Of a stretch of 64,000 bases of DNA, positions 14,787 through 23,788 are shown in pieces (positions within the stretch are counted from its first letter, which is position 1; every line of letters begins with the position of its first letter). Made by a program: the position numbers and the translations under genes. Source of the stretch: a virus; IMG/VR virus record IMGVR_UViG_3300022908_000002, positions 1 through 64,000 of that record; one strand, written 5' to 3'. The notes beneath the pieces were generated by a model, which was not told the origin of the DNA, ran no database searches, and was given only the letters and a program-made list of their open reading frames with translations.

Positions 14787-15587
14787 GTGGAAGAGAACGC
14801 CATCAGGAGTGATTTTAGTGGACGCTGGTTGTCGTTCAAACGACTCTCCCCCGAGCAGGTCCGGGAGATTACTCGCACGCCTCGCAATGCTGATTGGCGT
14901 GCGTTTTACGGTGATCCCGCATTGAAACAGCGCTTTCTGGAACGGGCGGCAGATCACCGGGCTGCGGATCAGATCGTGCACGGGGTCTACTGGAGAACCG
15001 ACGAACGCTGGGACGACAGCAAAGCGGAATACAAAGCCGTCAATATCGGGTGCGCCGTGGGCTGTCTCAGTCATGCCAGTGAGAGCGCGCATCATGTGCT
15101 TAGTAAGTTGACCGGCGTGCCCCAAGCACTCTATCAACTGACCGATATGCTCTTCGAGAGCCACGGACTAATGAACGGGCTGGATACGGAACTGCCGGGT
15201 GATGTGATGGCCGCCATCCCGGTCGGATCGGATCAGTCACGCACCGCCTATCGGATCATGGCCAAGCTTGCCGTCGAGAGCGACACGGTCTGGGATGAGC
15301 ACCGCGCGAATCTGCTCCGGGTACTGAATAGCGATGCGACACCCAAGGAGATGTTCACGGTGTTGAAGGAGTCGGTCCGGGACGGACATACCCTGCACGT
15401 CTACGGGATCACAACCTTTCTCTGGGAACGCATGGCAGATCACGTCGATCCTAATGAACTACGCACCATCATGCTCGACGAACTTGCGAAGGCTCCTGTT
15501 CCCGTTGTTGCGGTTCCGGCAGAGCAACAGTCAATGGCTGACTTCATGAAAGAGTTCGTAGTGGAAACGGAGAAGGTGCTGTCGTGA
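14787..15587 (+). CDS. hypothetical protein
   Basis: 266 aa from GTG 14787, after AGGGAGAAAAC. The longest-ORF start (14727) lies upstream of the -10 element and so is probably not transcribed. Confidence 0.65.
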   Translation: MEENAIRSDFSGRWLSFKRLSPEQVREITRTPRNADWRAFYGDPALKQRFLERAADHRAADQIVHGVYWRTDERWDDSKAEYKAVNIGCAVGCLSHASESAHHVLSKLTGVPQALYQLTDMLFESHGLMNGLDTELPGDVMAAIPVGSDQSRTAYRIMAKLAVESDTVWDEHRANLLRVLNSDATPKEMFTVLKESVRDGHTLHVYGITTFLWERMADHVDPNELRTIMLDELAKAPVPVVAVPAEQQSMADFMKEFVVETEKVLS

Positions 15588-16381
15588 GGACGATCTACGC
15601 CGATAAAAACAAGCTGGCTCTGCTCAAAGAGGTGAAAATCCTCTCGGGCGGACATCAGCCGGAGAATCTGAAGGAGCAGCTTTCGGAGGAACCCGCCCAG
15701 CCCAATATGTGCGTTATGGAAGCCATTTCGTGGATCATGAACGATCAGTCGTATTCCCCGAACAACCTCGCATGGGTCAATGACTCCCCCGTCTGTGTCC
15801 TGCATCACCTGACCGAATCCATGATCGGGCTGAACGACTCGTTCGATGAAATCGAGTTCCGACTGGGCGATGACGACTGCTACGAAGCCGCGTGGCTCTA
15901 CAACGACGACGGGCTCGTCGATCAGGCCCGGACGCGACTGTTGACTCCGCTCATTCCGATGCTGATCGGGACGGCCTTTACGGAAATGGTCGGGAATCAC
16001 GTGGTTCAACTGGAAGAGCAGTTCCTGACCACCGATGAATGGAACATCGTGAACCGGATCAGATTCATTGCCAATGACTTCTCACAGGCCATGGACGCTG
16101 CCGTCGATGACGACATCCGCAGCAGCTACGAAGACGCCGTGACGGTCTTCAACACCTTCGTCGATGAGACGCGGGATGAACTGCTCCATCTGGTAACGGA
16201 GTTCACCAATCTCCGTAAACCCCACATGGAAATCGTCTACAGCGACACCGAACACGAAATCCATGAGCATGACCTGATCCGGTTCTCGCCCGATACGGAA
16301 AAAGAAGCAGAAGCCACTGAGCAACTGGTCAGCGACTTCATCAATGCGTTCGCCACCGAAAAAGTGACGGAATACGCATGA
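15584..16381 (+). CDS. hypothetical protein, MCVMEA-motif paralog 1
   Basis: 265 aa. PNMCVMEAISWIMND and LTPLIPMLIG are shared with 16788..17471. GTGA overlap with the upstream gene. Confidence 0.7.
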   Translation: MRTIYADKNKLALLKEVKILSGGHQPENLKEQLSEEPAQPNMCVMEAISWIMNDQSYSPNNLAWVNDSPVCVLHHLTESMIGLNDSFDEIEFRLGDDDCYEAAWLYNDDGLVDQARTRLLTPLIPMLIGTAFTEMVGNHVVQLEEQFLTTDEWNIVNRIRFIANDFSQAMDAAVDDDIRSSYEDAVTVFNTFVDETRDELLHLVTEFTNLRKPHMEIVYSDTEHEIHEHDLIRFSPDTEKEAEATEQLVSDFINAFATEKVTEYA

Positions 16382-16668
16382 CCGAGATACCGGAAACGTC
16401 GTATGACCACTTTCTGGACCCCACCGCCGCAGCGCTCGTGATCGGGGCGCTGCGCAATCTGCTCCCCCCCGGCTATACGCTGGGGGTGGACAAAACCAGC
16501 ATCTTCTTCGCGCACGGAGTCGGGACGGATCGCATCACCTCTATCCTCTTCGACGACAACACCACCTACCCCACCCAGAGCGCGGTCCTTGATCTGATCC
16601 AGTGGATCGCCAACGCCGCCTATCTCGCCGGATACACCGCAGGAAAAGCACTCGCTGACCGTCCTTGA
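16378..16668 (+). CDS. hypothetical protein
   Basis: 96 aa. ATGA overlap. Its stop codon lies inside the -35 element of P9. Confidence 0.65.
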   Translation: MTEIPETSYDHFLDPTAAALVIGALRNLLPPGYTLGVDKTSIFFAHGVGTDRITSILFDDNTTYPTQSAVLDLIQWIANAAYLAGYTAGKALADRP

Positions 16669-16694
16669 CGTGAGTTGTCCCCTAATGTTATAAT
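16665..16694 (+). promoter_or_regulatory. early promoter P9 (TTGACG-18 nt-TATAAT)
   Basis: Spacer tgagttgtcccctaatgt. Confidence 0.75.
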
Positions 16695-16787
16695 ACTATT
16701 GACAATTCTGTCAGGATGGGTCCAAGGAGGCCGGTGTCCGCGTCGTGTCGTCATCTGAACGGTTGTTCCTCATTGAAGGGTAGTGAA

Positions 16788-17471
16788 ATGAAGTTTCGGA
16801 AGTTCGCCGTCGATTCCAGTAAGTTCAATCTGATCGACAAGGTGCTCAATAGCTCGCACGGGAATAATTTCCGCACGAATCAGACGGGTATCCCCGATAT
16901 GTGCGTCATGGAAGCAGCTTCGTGGGTGACAGGCCGGAAAGCCAAAACGGATCACCCCGAATGCACCGACGGCCACTTGACCGCGTTCTGTATTTCCATG
17001 AATGACGCGCTGGGTGATCGTGTGTTCCGCGATGCCAAGACCTATCAGCTTGTCACCGCAGATGATCTGCGCGCGAAATATCTGAAGCCGCTCATTCCGG
17101 CCATCATCAACACCCGGTTGATCGTCCATTACGTCTCGCCCGAGGAAAAAGCGCAGGGCTATCAGCCGGGATCAGCAATTGATTACCCCCGCTCTGAACG
17201 AACCGCGCTGTTGCTCACGCAGTTGCAACACACCCAGCATTCGTGGTTTGACGACGTCACCAACAAATACGATCTGGAAACTGTCGAGCGGGTCTATCAA
17301 GATCGCACCGATCTGATCCGCGCGGCGGCAGCGTCCATGAAAGCAGATATTCACGCCTACCGTGTCGAAAAAGGATGGAGCCGGGCACGATCCACGCCAC
17401 CCGCTCAGACTGATGCGGCTGCGTGCGAAATCGTCTACGCGGGCGCTCTCCATGAGGAGGTCATCTCATAA
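16788..17471 (+). CDS. hypothetical protein, MCVMEA-motif paralog 2
   Basis: 227 aa from ATG 16788 (longest ORF starts at 16716). PDMCVMEAASWVTG and LKPLIPAIIN. The N-terminus aligns with paralog 1. Confidence 0.7.
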   Translation: MKFRKFAVDSSKFNLIDKVLNSSHGNNFRTNQTGIPDMCVMEAASWVTGRKAKTDHPECTDGHLTAFCISMNDALGDRVFRDAKTYQLVTADDLRAKYLKPLIPAIINTRLIVHYVSPEEKAQGYQPGSAIDYPRSERTALLLTQLQHTQHSWFDDVTNKYDLETVERVYQDRTDLIRAAAASMKADIHAYRVEKGWSRARSTPPAQTDAAACEIVYAGALHEEVIS

Positions 17472-18127
17472 TGACGCCCATAACGTATACCCCTACATTC
17501 GGGGACGCCCTGCGCTCGGTGCGGCGCGCACGCGGATTGAGCCAAAGCGATCTGGCGGAAATACTGGGGATTAGTAACGGCACGATTTCCAACTGGGAAA
17601 CCGGCTCAACCCACTTCGTCAATAAGGAGCATCGACAGCAACTGGCCTTTGCGCTCGGACAACCCCCTGACTTTTTTGAAGGGATGCTGTTCGGGAAGCA
17701 ATTCAAGCCGGGTGTGGAGCCGAACACGGACTTTTCCAGTGCATTGATGCAGGCCGCGGAAAAACTGTCGGTTGTCGAAGATATTCGCAATTTGCGTCGC
17801 GCCGATTCGCAAAATCTGCTGTCTCACGCACCCGCGACGCACAACGTGTCGTCTCCCCATAACGGGATCATGGGCGACAAGATCGTTCCCATCCACGGCG
17901 CAGGACGATACCCCAGCGATGTCCAGTACGCCGTCCGCATCATCCAGAGAATCTACGAAGACTGGCTCTACCATCCGGAGAAAACCGGCGATCACTGGTG
18001 GTTCTATCTCGCCGAAGTCCTGCTCCACGAACTCACCACCGATGATTTCGCCCGCCTGCGTCTGACGTTACCGACCGGTCCGGACAGGCCCCCGCAGACG
18101 ACTGTGACACGTGCCGATGACGTCTGA
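17471..18127 (+). CDS. XRE/Cro-C1-type helix-turn-helix transcriptional regulator
   Basis: 218 aa. LRSVRRARGLSQSDLAEILGISNGTISNWETG is a typical HTH_3 motif. The C-terminal ~140 aa are unassigned. Confidence 0.8.
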   Translation: MTPITYTPTFGDALRSVRRARGLSQSDLAEILGISNGTISNWETGSTHFVNKEHRQQLAFALGQPPDFFEGMLFGKQFKPGVEPNTDFSSALMQAAEKLSVVEDIRNLRRADSQNLLSHAPATHNVSSPHNGIMGDKIVPIHGAGRYPSDVQYAVRIIQRIYEDWLYHPEKTGDHWWFYLAEVLLHELTTDDFARLRLTLPTGPDRPPQTTVTRADDV

Positions 18128-18641
18128 TCTGGAAAACAGCGTAAAACGCTGCCCCAAATGCGGGGAGACGAAGCCGCTCACGGACTTTATCGGTCCGCGA
18201 GCGGCCAAACCCCGTGTCTATTGCAACCCCTGTAACTCGCAGTACGTGCAGGAATGGAACGCCGCGCATCCTGAGCGCGCCCGCGAGATACGCACGGACT
18301 ACATTCGCTCCGGGCGCTATCGAGAAGTGCCCAGTTACAAGCGCTCACTGGAACGGGGGCGCGTGAAACGAGCGGAGCGCGGGAAAACCGCTGAAAATCG
18401 CGTGAAACTTAATCATGAACGCGCGATGGAGCGCCTCGCGCACGAAATCGAACACGGCAGAGTCTGCAAAGTCTGCGGACAGACCAAGCCCCGTGACGAG
18501 TTCGCCAGTTGCGGCAAACCCCGGCATCCGGAATACCCCAACGAGCATCAGAAACGACCCCAATGCAAGGAATGTTGGTCCAAAATTGTCTGGACCAAGG
18601 AAAAAGAAGAGCGAGGTGATCCATCAACGCCACGGACGTAG
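18117..18641 (+). CDS. hypothetical protein with two zinc-ribbon motifs
   Basis: CPKCGETKPLTDF...CNPC and CKVCGQTKPRDEF...CKEC. Confidence 0.65.
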   Translation: MTSDLENSVKRCPKCGETKPLTDFIGPRAAKPRVYCNPCNSQYVQEWNAAHPERAREIRTDYIRSGRYREVPSYKRSLERGRVKRAERGKTAENRVKLNHERAMERLAHEIEHGRVCKVCGQTKPRDEFASCGKPRHPEYPNEHQKRPQCKECWSKIVWTKEKEERGDPSTPRT

Positions 18642-18754
18642 AAAACCTGATTGCGACGCTTGCCCCTCATGAACTGAACAAGGCCGAATATCGCTCCCTG
18701 ATCAAGCAGATCGATAACGCGATTGCCGATATTCGCGGGGAGTTACTCGACTTT

Positions 18755-19000
18755 ATGCTGACCACGGGGGCAAAACATCTCATTTCCCACGGAATTGACA
18801 TCGTGCAGGCAACGCGGACAACGATTGACGTGGGAGACTCCGAATTACTGGTGGCCGAACTCGAAAAACGCGATCTGCTCAGTCGGTACTGGACAATCGA
18901 CGTCAAACGGGTGGCCGACGACTTGGGGGAGGATTTTCCGGGTCTGCGCGTCATCAAAACCGACGCTTTGCAAATATCCGCCCAGAAGGTGAAGAAGTGA
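18755..19000 (+). CDS. hypothetical protein (the N-terminus may extend upstream)
   Basis: 81 aa from the ATG. The same frame stays open back to about 18618 but contains no ATG, GTG or TTG. Confidence 0.5.
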   Translation: MLTTGAKHLISHGIDIVQATRTTIDVGDSELLVAELEKRDLLSRYWTIDVKRVADDLGEDFPGLRVIKTDALQISAQKVKK

Positions 19001-19278
19001 GCGACGGAGCGGGGATGCCGCTGACGCCCGTCCAGCAGGCATTCAAGGACTACTTCACCGAACGGGCGGACCCCAAGATTGCATGGGGTCATTCATGGAT
19101 CGAGGATCGGGTTGAATTGATCTGGTCATGGGGCTACGACAACATGCTCACGGTCAATGAGAATAATCGGATCACGCTTTCGTTCGGCGTCAATGCGGCG
19201 GACCATGTCGAAGACATGATGAAAACGCTGGTGGACGCATTCAAATACGCCACAAATTACAAGGAGACAACGACGTGA
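18997..19278 (+). CDS. hypothetical protein
   Basis: 93 aa. GTGA overlap. Confidence 0.6.
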   Translation: MSDGAGMPLTPVQQAFKDYFTERADPKIAWGHSWIEDRVELIWSWGYDNMLTVNENNRITLSFGVNAADHVEDMMKTLVDAFKYATNYKETTT

Positions 19279-19526
19279 ACCCCGATGATCTGCGCGAACG
19301 CCTTGTCAATCAACTCGCCTTTCTGGTATCGACCAGCGGGTGGACCTATGAATACGACGATCCCAACAGTCGCTGGGAACTGAACGACGATACCTACATC
19401 GCTATGCTCGGAGACGGCAGCGTCACAATCCAGATCGCAGCCCCCGACTACGAAAAAGCGATCCCGGCTATCGACGCAGTCCATGTCGCAATCGCCGAGC
19501 ACGTCGCGTTCATGACCAACGCTTGA
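19275..19526 (+). CDS. hypothetical protein
   Basis: 83 aa. GTGA overlap. Its stop codon lies inside the -35 element of P10. Confidence 0.6.
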   Translation: MNPDDLRERLVNQLAFLVSTSGWTYEYDDPNSRWELNDDTYIAMLGDGSVTIQIAAPDYEKAIPAIDAVHVAIAEHVAFMTNA

Positions 19527-19552
19527 CGCTACTTGTCGCCAAATTGTATACT
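19523..19552 (+). promoter_or_regulatory. early promoter P10 (TTGACG-18 nt-TATACT)
   Basis: Spacer ctacttgtcgccaaattg. Confidence 0.7.
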
Positions 19553-19640
19553 TAGTTAGCTGCAACACGTCCGTATGAGCGCGTCATACGGGTTGATTCG
19601 CTTGTGCGGACGTGTTCAGCCCACTTGAAATGAGGAAACC

Positions 19641-19940
19641 ATGACTGTGAACAATCCAGAAGCAGTGGCAGCCCTGAACAGGGTATTTATTGATACCGAT
19701 GCCCAAGACGCGCAGGTCATCATTGATGCGCTCGACGTGCATGGGATGGCGATTGTTGATCGCTCATTACTGGCTCTGCTCTTGGGTGCCTCAACCGCTG
19801 TCCTCTGGCAGCAAAAAGAGCCCTCCAAGCTGCTGATCGATACGATCAATCAATTGGCTGCATGTGCAGGCATGGACGTGTCGCGATATACGCAGGGGAT
19901 GGAGAAAACAGATGCAGGAGCCCCCCATGTCATCGATTGA
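19641..19940 (+). CDS. hypothetical protein
   Basis: 99 aa. GAGGAAACC lies upstream of the ATG. Preceded by a structured ~85-nt leader. Confidence 0.65.
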   Translation: MTVNNPEAVAALNRVFIDTDAQDAQVIIDALDVHGMAIVDRSLLALLLGASTAVLWQQKEPSKLLIDTINQLAACAGMDVSRYTQGMEKTDAGAPHVID

Positions 19941-20478
19941 TTACCACTACAGCCCCGACGACACCCCGATGAGCGAGAAGTTCACCGGGAAGCAGGAGGA
20001 ACCGATGAAGTACGAACCGTATAGCGTGCGACAGGCCGAACGTCGTAGGCTACAAGAGGGAGACTACAGCGAACCGGACAGCGCGGCGGTGGATGCGGTT
20101 GCGAAGGCTATCTACGATTCCGACTACGAACCAAAGCTGTCCATGTTCACATGCCAGAATCTCGCCCGAGCCGTCCTCGCCCACCTTCGGGAGCACCCCG
20201 AGTTTCTTGGTATTCCGGTAATGACGGTAGAACAGGCCGCGAACAATTGGATCAACTCCGGTTGTGGCACCACCGCTCTATGGCTTGAAACTATTGCTGG
20301 AACCATCATCACCCCCGATCCCGACCCGCCTGCCGCTGAGCCGGTGCCGAGTGTGGATACTGTCATGGCGTTGATTATGTCTTACGCCTTCACCCCGGAT
20401 CGCGGGGAATCCGGTGAGGAACTGAGGGCAGTTATCACCCGCCTCGTCGAAGTCGCGAAGGGTGGTGGAGCGAAATGA
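19927..20478 (+). CDS. hypothetical protein
   Basis: 183 aa from ATG 19927, with AGGAG 6 nt upstream. The longest ORF starts at 19864. Confidence 0.65.
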   Translation: MSSIDYHYSPDDTPMSEKFTGKQEEPMKYEPYSVRQAERRRLQEGDYSEPDSAAVDAVAKAIYDSDYEPKLSMFTCQNLARAVLAHLREHPEFLGIPVMTVEQAANNWINSGCGTTALWLETIAGTIITPDPDPPAAEPVPSVDTVMALIMSYAFTPDRGESGEELRAVITRLVEVAKGGGAK

Positions 20479-20687
20479 GCATCTTTCCAACGGACGCATC
20501 TAACCCGCACCTTGACCGGACAGTGCTGGTTCATGCTGATGAGGTGATTGTGGACAGACTGGACATTGAGCGCATCATCGAATGTTGGGGGCCAGCGTTG
20601 TTGGAAGCGAAGGCCAGCGACATGGATATATATCCTCGTTTGAAGTCCGCCCTCGCCGACCAGTCAGGAGGCACCGACCATGAGTGA
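20475..20687 (+). CDS. hypothetical protein
   Basis: 70 aa. ATGA overlap. Confidence 0.6.
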   Translation: MSIFPTDASNPHLDRTVLVHADEVIVDRLDIERIIECWGPALLEAKASDMDIYPRLKSALADQSGGTDHE

Positions 20688-21012
20688 ACGGGATGAGCTG
20701 AAACAGGCATTGAAGCAGGGAGGTGCAATTGACGTACATGCCGAATCTATTGCCGACGCCATCCTCGCCGCCGGATACCGCAAAGTCCCCGATGATTGCG
20801 TGGTGGTGAGGCGTTCGGTCATTGATTGGATGCTCGATGATTGCAGCGCTGGAGAAATCTACTTTGGTCATTTCGGTGGCGATGAAGTAGCGGATAACTT
20901 TCTCGATGATGTGTTCGGACATGACACCCGCATAGAGGGCGAGTATTACGGTGATCGGTGGAATAGATTGGTTGATACCCTCACCGCCGCCCAGTCAGGG
21001 GAGGATGTATGA
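20680..21012 (+). CDS. hypothetical protein
   Basis: 110 aa. 8-nt overlap with the upstream gene. Confidence 0.6.
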   Translation: MSERDELKQALKQGGAIDVHAESIADAILAAGYRKVPDDCVVVRRSVIDWMLDDCSAGEIYFGHFGGDEVADNFLDDVFGHDTRIEGEYYGDRWNRLVDTLTAAQSGEDV

Positions 21013-21221
21013 CGCTCACCATTCAGAAACCGCAACCGATACGGACTGGTCAGTTGGTGATCATTCCTGTTGAGACAGAAGGGTTCGATTGGAAGATTTA
21101 CCGAGTTATCGGACTGAACATGGAATTGGCGTTTTTGGAACCCTGTACAGAGCAGGGAATTGCGATCAAGGGCCGAGCGACACGACGAGTGGTTACTGAT
21201 CTGCTGGAAGTTGTGGCGTAA
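21009..21221 (+). CDS. hypothetical protein
   Basis: 70 aa. ATGA overlap. Confidence 0.6.
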   Translation: MTLTIQKPQPIRTGQLVIIPVETEGFDWKIYRVIGLNMELAFLEPCTEQGIAIKGRATRRVVTDLLEVVA

Positions 21222-21424
21222 TGCAGGAAGAATTGACCGTCATCATGAGCATGATTTTGATTCTTGATCAATCGATAGAACGCAAACAGGCAAAACTCGC
21301 GCGTGTCGCGCCCGATTATCATGACGCACTCCATGAAGGGATTGCGTCTGCGCAGAAGCAGCGGCAGCGGCTGCTGAGTAAAGCATGGGCAATCATGCGC
21401 AAGCCGGTTCGTCTTCATGTCTGA
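21221..21424 (+). CDS. hypothetical protein
   Basis: 67 aa. TAATG overlap. Confidence 0.55.
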   Translation: MQEELTVIMSMILILDQSIERKQAKLARVAPDYHDALHEGIASAQKQRQRLLSKAWAIMRKPVRLHV

Positions 21425-21743
21425 CTATCTCTGGTTGGGAATCCTTGCGCAGATTGCCCTGATCTTTGTCTACTTCCTTATTTGGAAGAAACCGTGGCAG
21501 GGCGAGTTGGAAGACACCAATCGCAAGTCATTCTGGGATGAGGGGAACGATCACGGGAACTCTCTGTACTGCGTCAGTATGCAGCGGTATGAACTGCGTC
21601 ACGTTGATATGGCGGCACAGGAATTGCATCTGCAATGCGGAGAGTTCATGCGCCGCTCAGCAATCAAGGAAGCAAACCGTGTTCTTCCGCCTGTGACAAA
21701 TGGAGGCTATTTTGGAGAAAAGGAAACCCTCCCCCGATTGTGA
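21417..21743 (+). CDS. hypothetical membrane-anchored protein
   Basis: 108 aa. N-terminal transmembrane segment LWLGILAQIALIFVYFLIW. Confidence 0.6.
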   Translation: MSDYLWLGILAQIALIFVYFLIWKKPWQGELEDTNRKSFWDEGNDHGNSLYCVSMQRYELRHVDMAAQELHLQCGEFMRRSAIKEANRVLPPVTNGGYFGEKETLPRL

Positions 21744-21900
21744 GTGGTGCGAAGGCACTGGCTGGCGTGCATCGAATCCTGCTGAGTGGTATCGCGTGAA
21801 TAGCTGGCGCGGGGAAATGGAAACAACATTCTTCCCCTGCCAGTGTCGCTTGGATCAGGACGACGCCGAACTGGATGATCAAGTTGACGACCAGACTTGA
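21700..21900 (+). CDS. hypothetical small Cys-containing protein
   Basis: 66 aa. CEWCEGTG...CQC. 44-nt overlap with the upstream gene. Its stop codon lies inside the -35 element of P11. Confidence 0.5.
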   Translation: MEAILEKRKPSPDCEWCEGTGWRASNPAEWYRVNSWRGEMETTFFPCQCRLDQDDAELDDQVDDQT

Positions 21901-21926
21901 CGCTAGTTGTCCCCAAATGTTATAAT
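21897..21926 (+). promoter_or_regulatory. early promoter P11 (TTGACG-18 nt-TATAAT)
   Basis: Spacer ctagttgtccccaaatgt. Confidence 0.75.
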
Positions 21927-21972
21927 TACTTTGTCAGAAGTGTGACAGCGGAATAGAGAAAGGATTGGCACT

Positions 21973-22740
21973 ATGTTTTCTATGCCCGATAAAGTTCGGA
22001 TGCGCAGCATCACCGAGCTTTATCAAGGAGGGGTCAACGACGACCGTCTCCGTGAAATGAAGGTGAGCAAAGGAAATCCGCTCACTATCGGTGAAGCGAT
22101 CAGCTTCATCATGGACGAGCCTGCGCTGACGAATCGTCCATTGACGGTTGATCCGACATTGATGGGGCTGGTCAATTCGACCTCGCTGTATCTGGGGACG
22201 AGTGACGAAGCCAATCAGCTTCGCATGATTCATTTCGCGCCGATCCTGTCTGTTTTGACGCGCACAACCCATGTCATTGATCCGGGTGAAGTCAAAACGA
22301 TGCGACGCGGTGGAGTCGATGATTACGGTCGGAAGATCGTGGACTACGTCAAGCCGCCCCGTGTCGAGTGCGTCCAGAGTGACGATGCCTATCATCATCA
22401 CCGGACATTCAATGCGTTTCTGGCCATGTCCGTCTACAACGAGCGTGTCCCGCGTGTTTCCATCTGTATCGCCGCCAAGACGTACATCAATGACGTTTCC
22501 CAAATCCTGAGCCTTGAAGTGATGCGCATGGAGCGGGAATACGACGCGATGATCCGTGAGAGCCTGAAAGATCGCACCCGGTCCACATTCAATGAGATTT
22601 CGGCGCGACGTGCTCGCGAGATGGGTGTCACGCTGACCCAGTTCTCGGACGATCTGGCCAAGAATCAGCCGGGTCCAAACACGCTCTTCGATCCTGACGG
22701 AACCGTTGAGGAAGATGACGTGCTGGTCGAGGTCTTCTGA
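21973..22740 (+). CDS. hypothetical protein, distant member of the MCVMEA family
   Basis: 255 aa. LTIGEAISFIMDEP and HFAPILSVL are comparable to paralogs 1 and 2. The antisense 283-aa ORF is rejected. Confidence 0.65.
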   Translation: MFSMPDKVRMRSITELYQGGVNDDRLREMKVSKGNPLTIGEAISFIMDEPALTNRPLTVDPTLMGLVNSTSLYLGTSDEANQLRMIHFAPILSVLTRTTHVIDPGEVKTMRRGGVDDYGRKIVDYVKPPRVECVQSDDAYHHHRTFNAFLAMSVYNERVPRVSICIAAKTYINDVSQILSLEVMRMEREYDAMIRESLKDRTRSTFNEISARRAREMGVTLTQFSDDLAKNQPGPNTLFDPDGTVEEDDVLVEVF

Positions 22741-23189
22741 TGTGGAACGCCTACGAGTTCGGATCATGGGGCGTAAGCAAGGCACTCGATCTGCATGAGG
22801 ATGACCCGCTGACCCGTGACGGGTTAGCGGGGATGTATGACCATCCCCGTCTCTGGGATCGCTTCCTGCGATGGAAGCACCAACGCTTCGACGGTATCGA
22901 TGTCAGCTACGCCGTGATCGAGACAGCCGAGTTTCGTGATCCCTTCTCTCGTCATCGGACGCTGCTCTGCAATGACTTCACGTCCCGTAAAAACGCGCGC
23001 GATCTGATGATGGATAGCGCGCGGGTACTGGAAGACATCTTCAACAACACGTTGAATCGGCAATACAACGAGCGGCTGATGCCGACGTTGTATCAACTGA
23101 TTCGGACCACGGTGTATATCAAAACGGGCAAAACGATCAACGAACGTGTTGATCGAACTCAAATTATGTACGCACCATTGGAGGTGTAG
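22740..23189 (+). CDS. hypothetical protein
   Basis: 149 aa. TGATG overlap. Confidence 0.65.
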   Translation: MWNAYEFGSWGVSKALDLHEDDPLTRDGLAGMYDHPRLWDRFLRWKHQRFDGIDVSYAVIETAEFRDPFSRHRTLLCNDFTSRKNARDLMMDSARVLEDIFNNTLNRQYNERLMPTLYQLIRTTVYIKTGKTINERVDRTQIMYAPLEV

Positions 23190-23191
23190 GT

Positions 23192-23788
23192 ATGAATCGT
23201 CGTCAGTTGCTTCTCACTGCTGGTAGTGCCGCTGGACTTGTGGCGTTACCGCAATTCACGGCACAGGCCGAGGACGTGTATTCGTTTCGGCGCACATTCT
23301 CGCTCGAAGATGTTTCGTTTGATCAGCCGATCACGTACTTCTGTGCGTGTCTGATGGGGTCAGATGAAGATTCGGCCATGCTTGCGTATGAGAATGCCGA
23401 AGATACATTTCTGGGCTCTCTGATTGAGAGTTTGGAAGATGACGGGTACGTTGTTGTGGATCGGGACGAGTTCATCGTGCATATCGACCGCTTTGATTCG
23501 CGCGACGTCACACGAACCGGATTCTCATTCACCGTCAAATCCGAAGATAGCGTGTTCGACATCTATCAGAAGGCGATTGTTGCTACCCGTGGGGGCATCG
23601 TTCAAGTCTGGGCATCCATTTCGCTCGACGATTCAGCAAGAGATTTGCTTGATCTGGCCGACGAGTACATGCTGTTTTCGGCCAAGAACGAGTCTGATCT
23701 GCCCGATATGCTGCCTGATGAGGATGACATGGCTGATCTGGGGTACGAAATGACGGAAGAAGGTGATATGGATGGACAAGAGTTCTGA
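23192..23788 (+). CDS. predicted secreted protein with a twin-arginine (Tat) type signal peptide
   Basis: MNRRQLLLTAGSAAGLVALPQFTAQA-ED: RR, then a hydrophobic core, then AxA. The mature part is very acidic. Confidence 0.65.
   Translation: MNRRQLLLTAGSAAGLVALPQFTAQAEDVYSFRRTFSLEDVSFDQPITYFCACLMGSDEDSAMLAYENAEDTFLGSLIESLEDDGYVVVDRDEFIVHIDRFDSRDVTRTGFSFTVKSEDSVFDIYQKAIVATRGGIVQVWASISLDDSARDLLDLADEYMLFSAKNESDLPDMLPDEDDMADLGYEMTEEGDMDGQEF

Noticed and set aside
21934-22785. 283-aa minus-strand ORF covering 21973..22740
   Set aside because: The sequence is Arg-rich and nonsense-like, on the pyrimidine-rich strand, with no promoter or RBS. The + strand ORF has a promoter, an RBS and paralogs.
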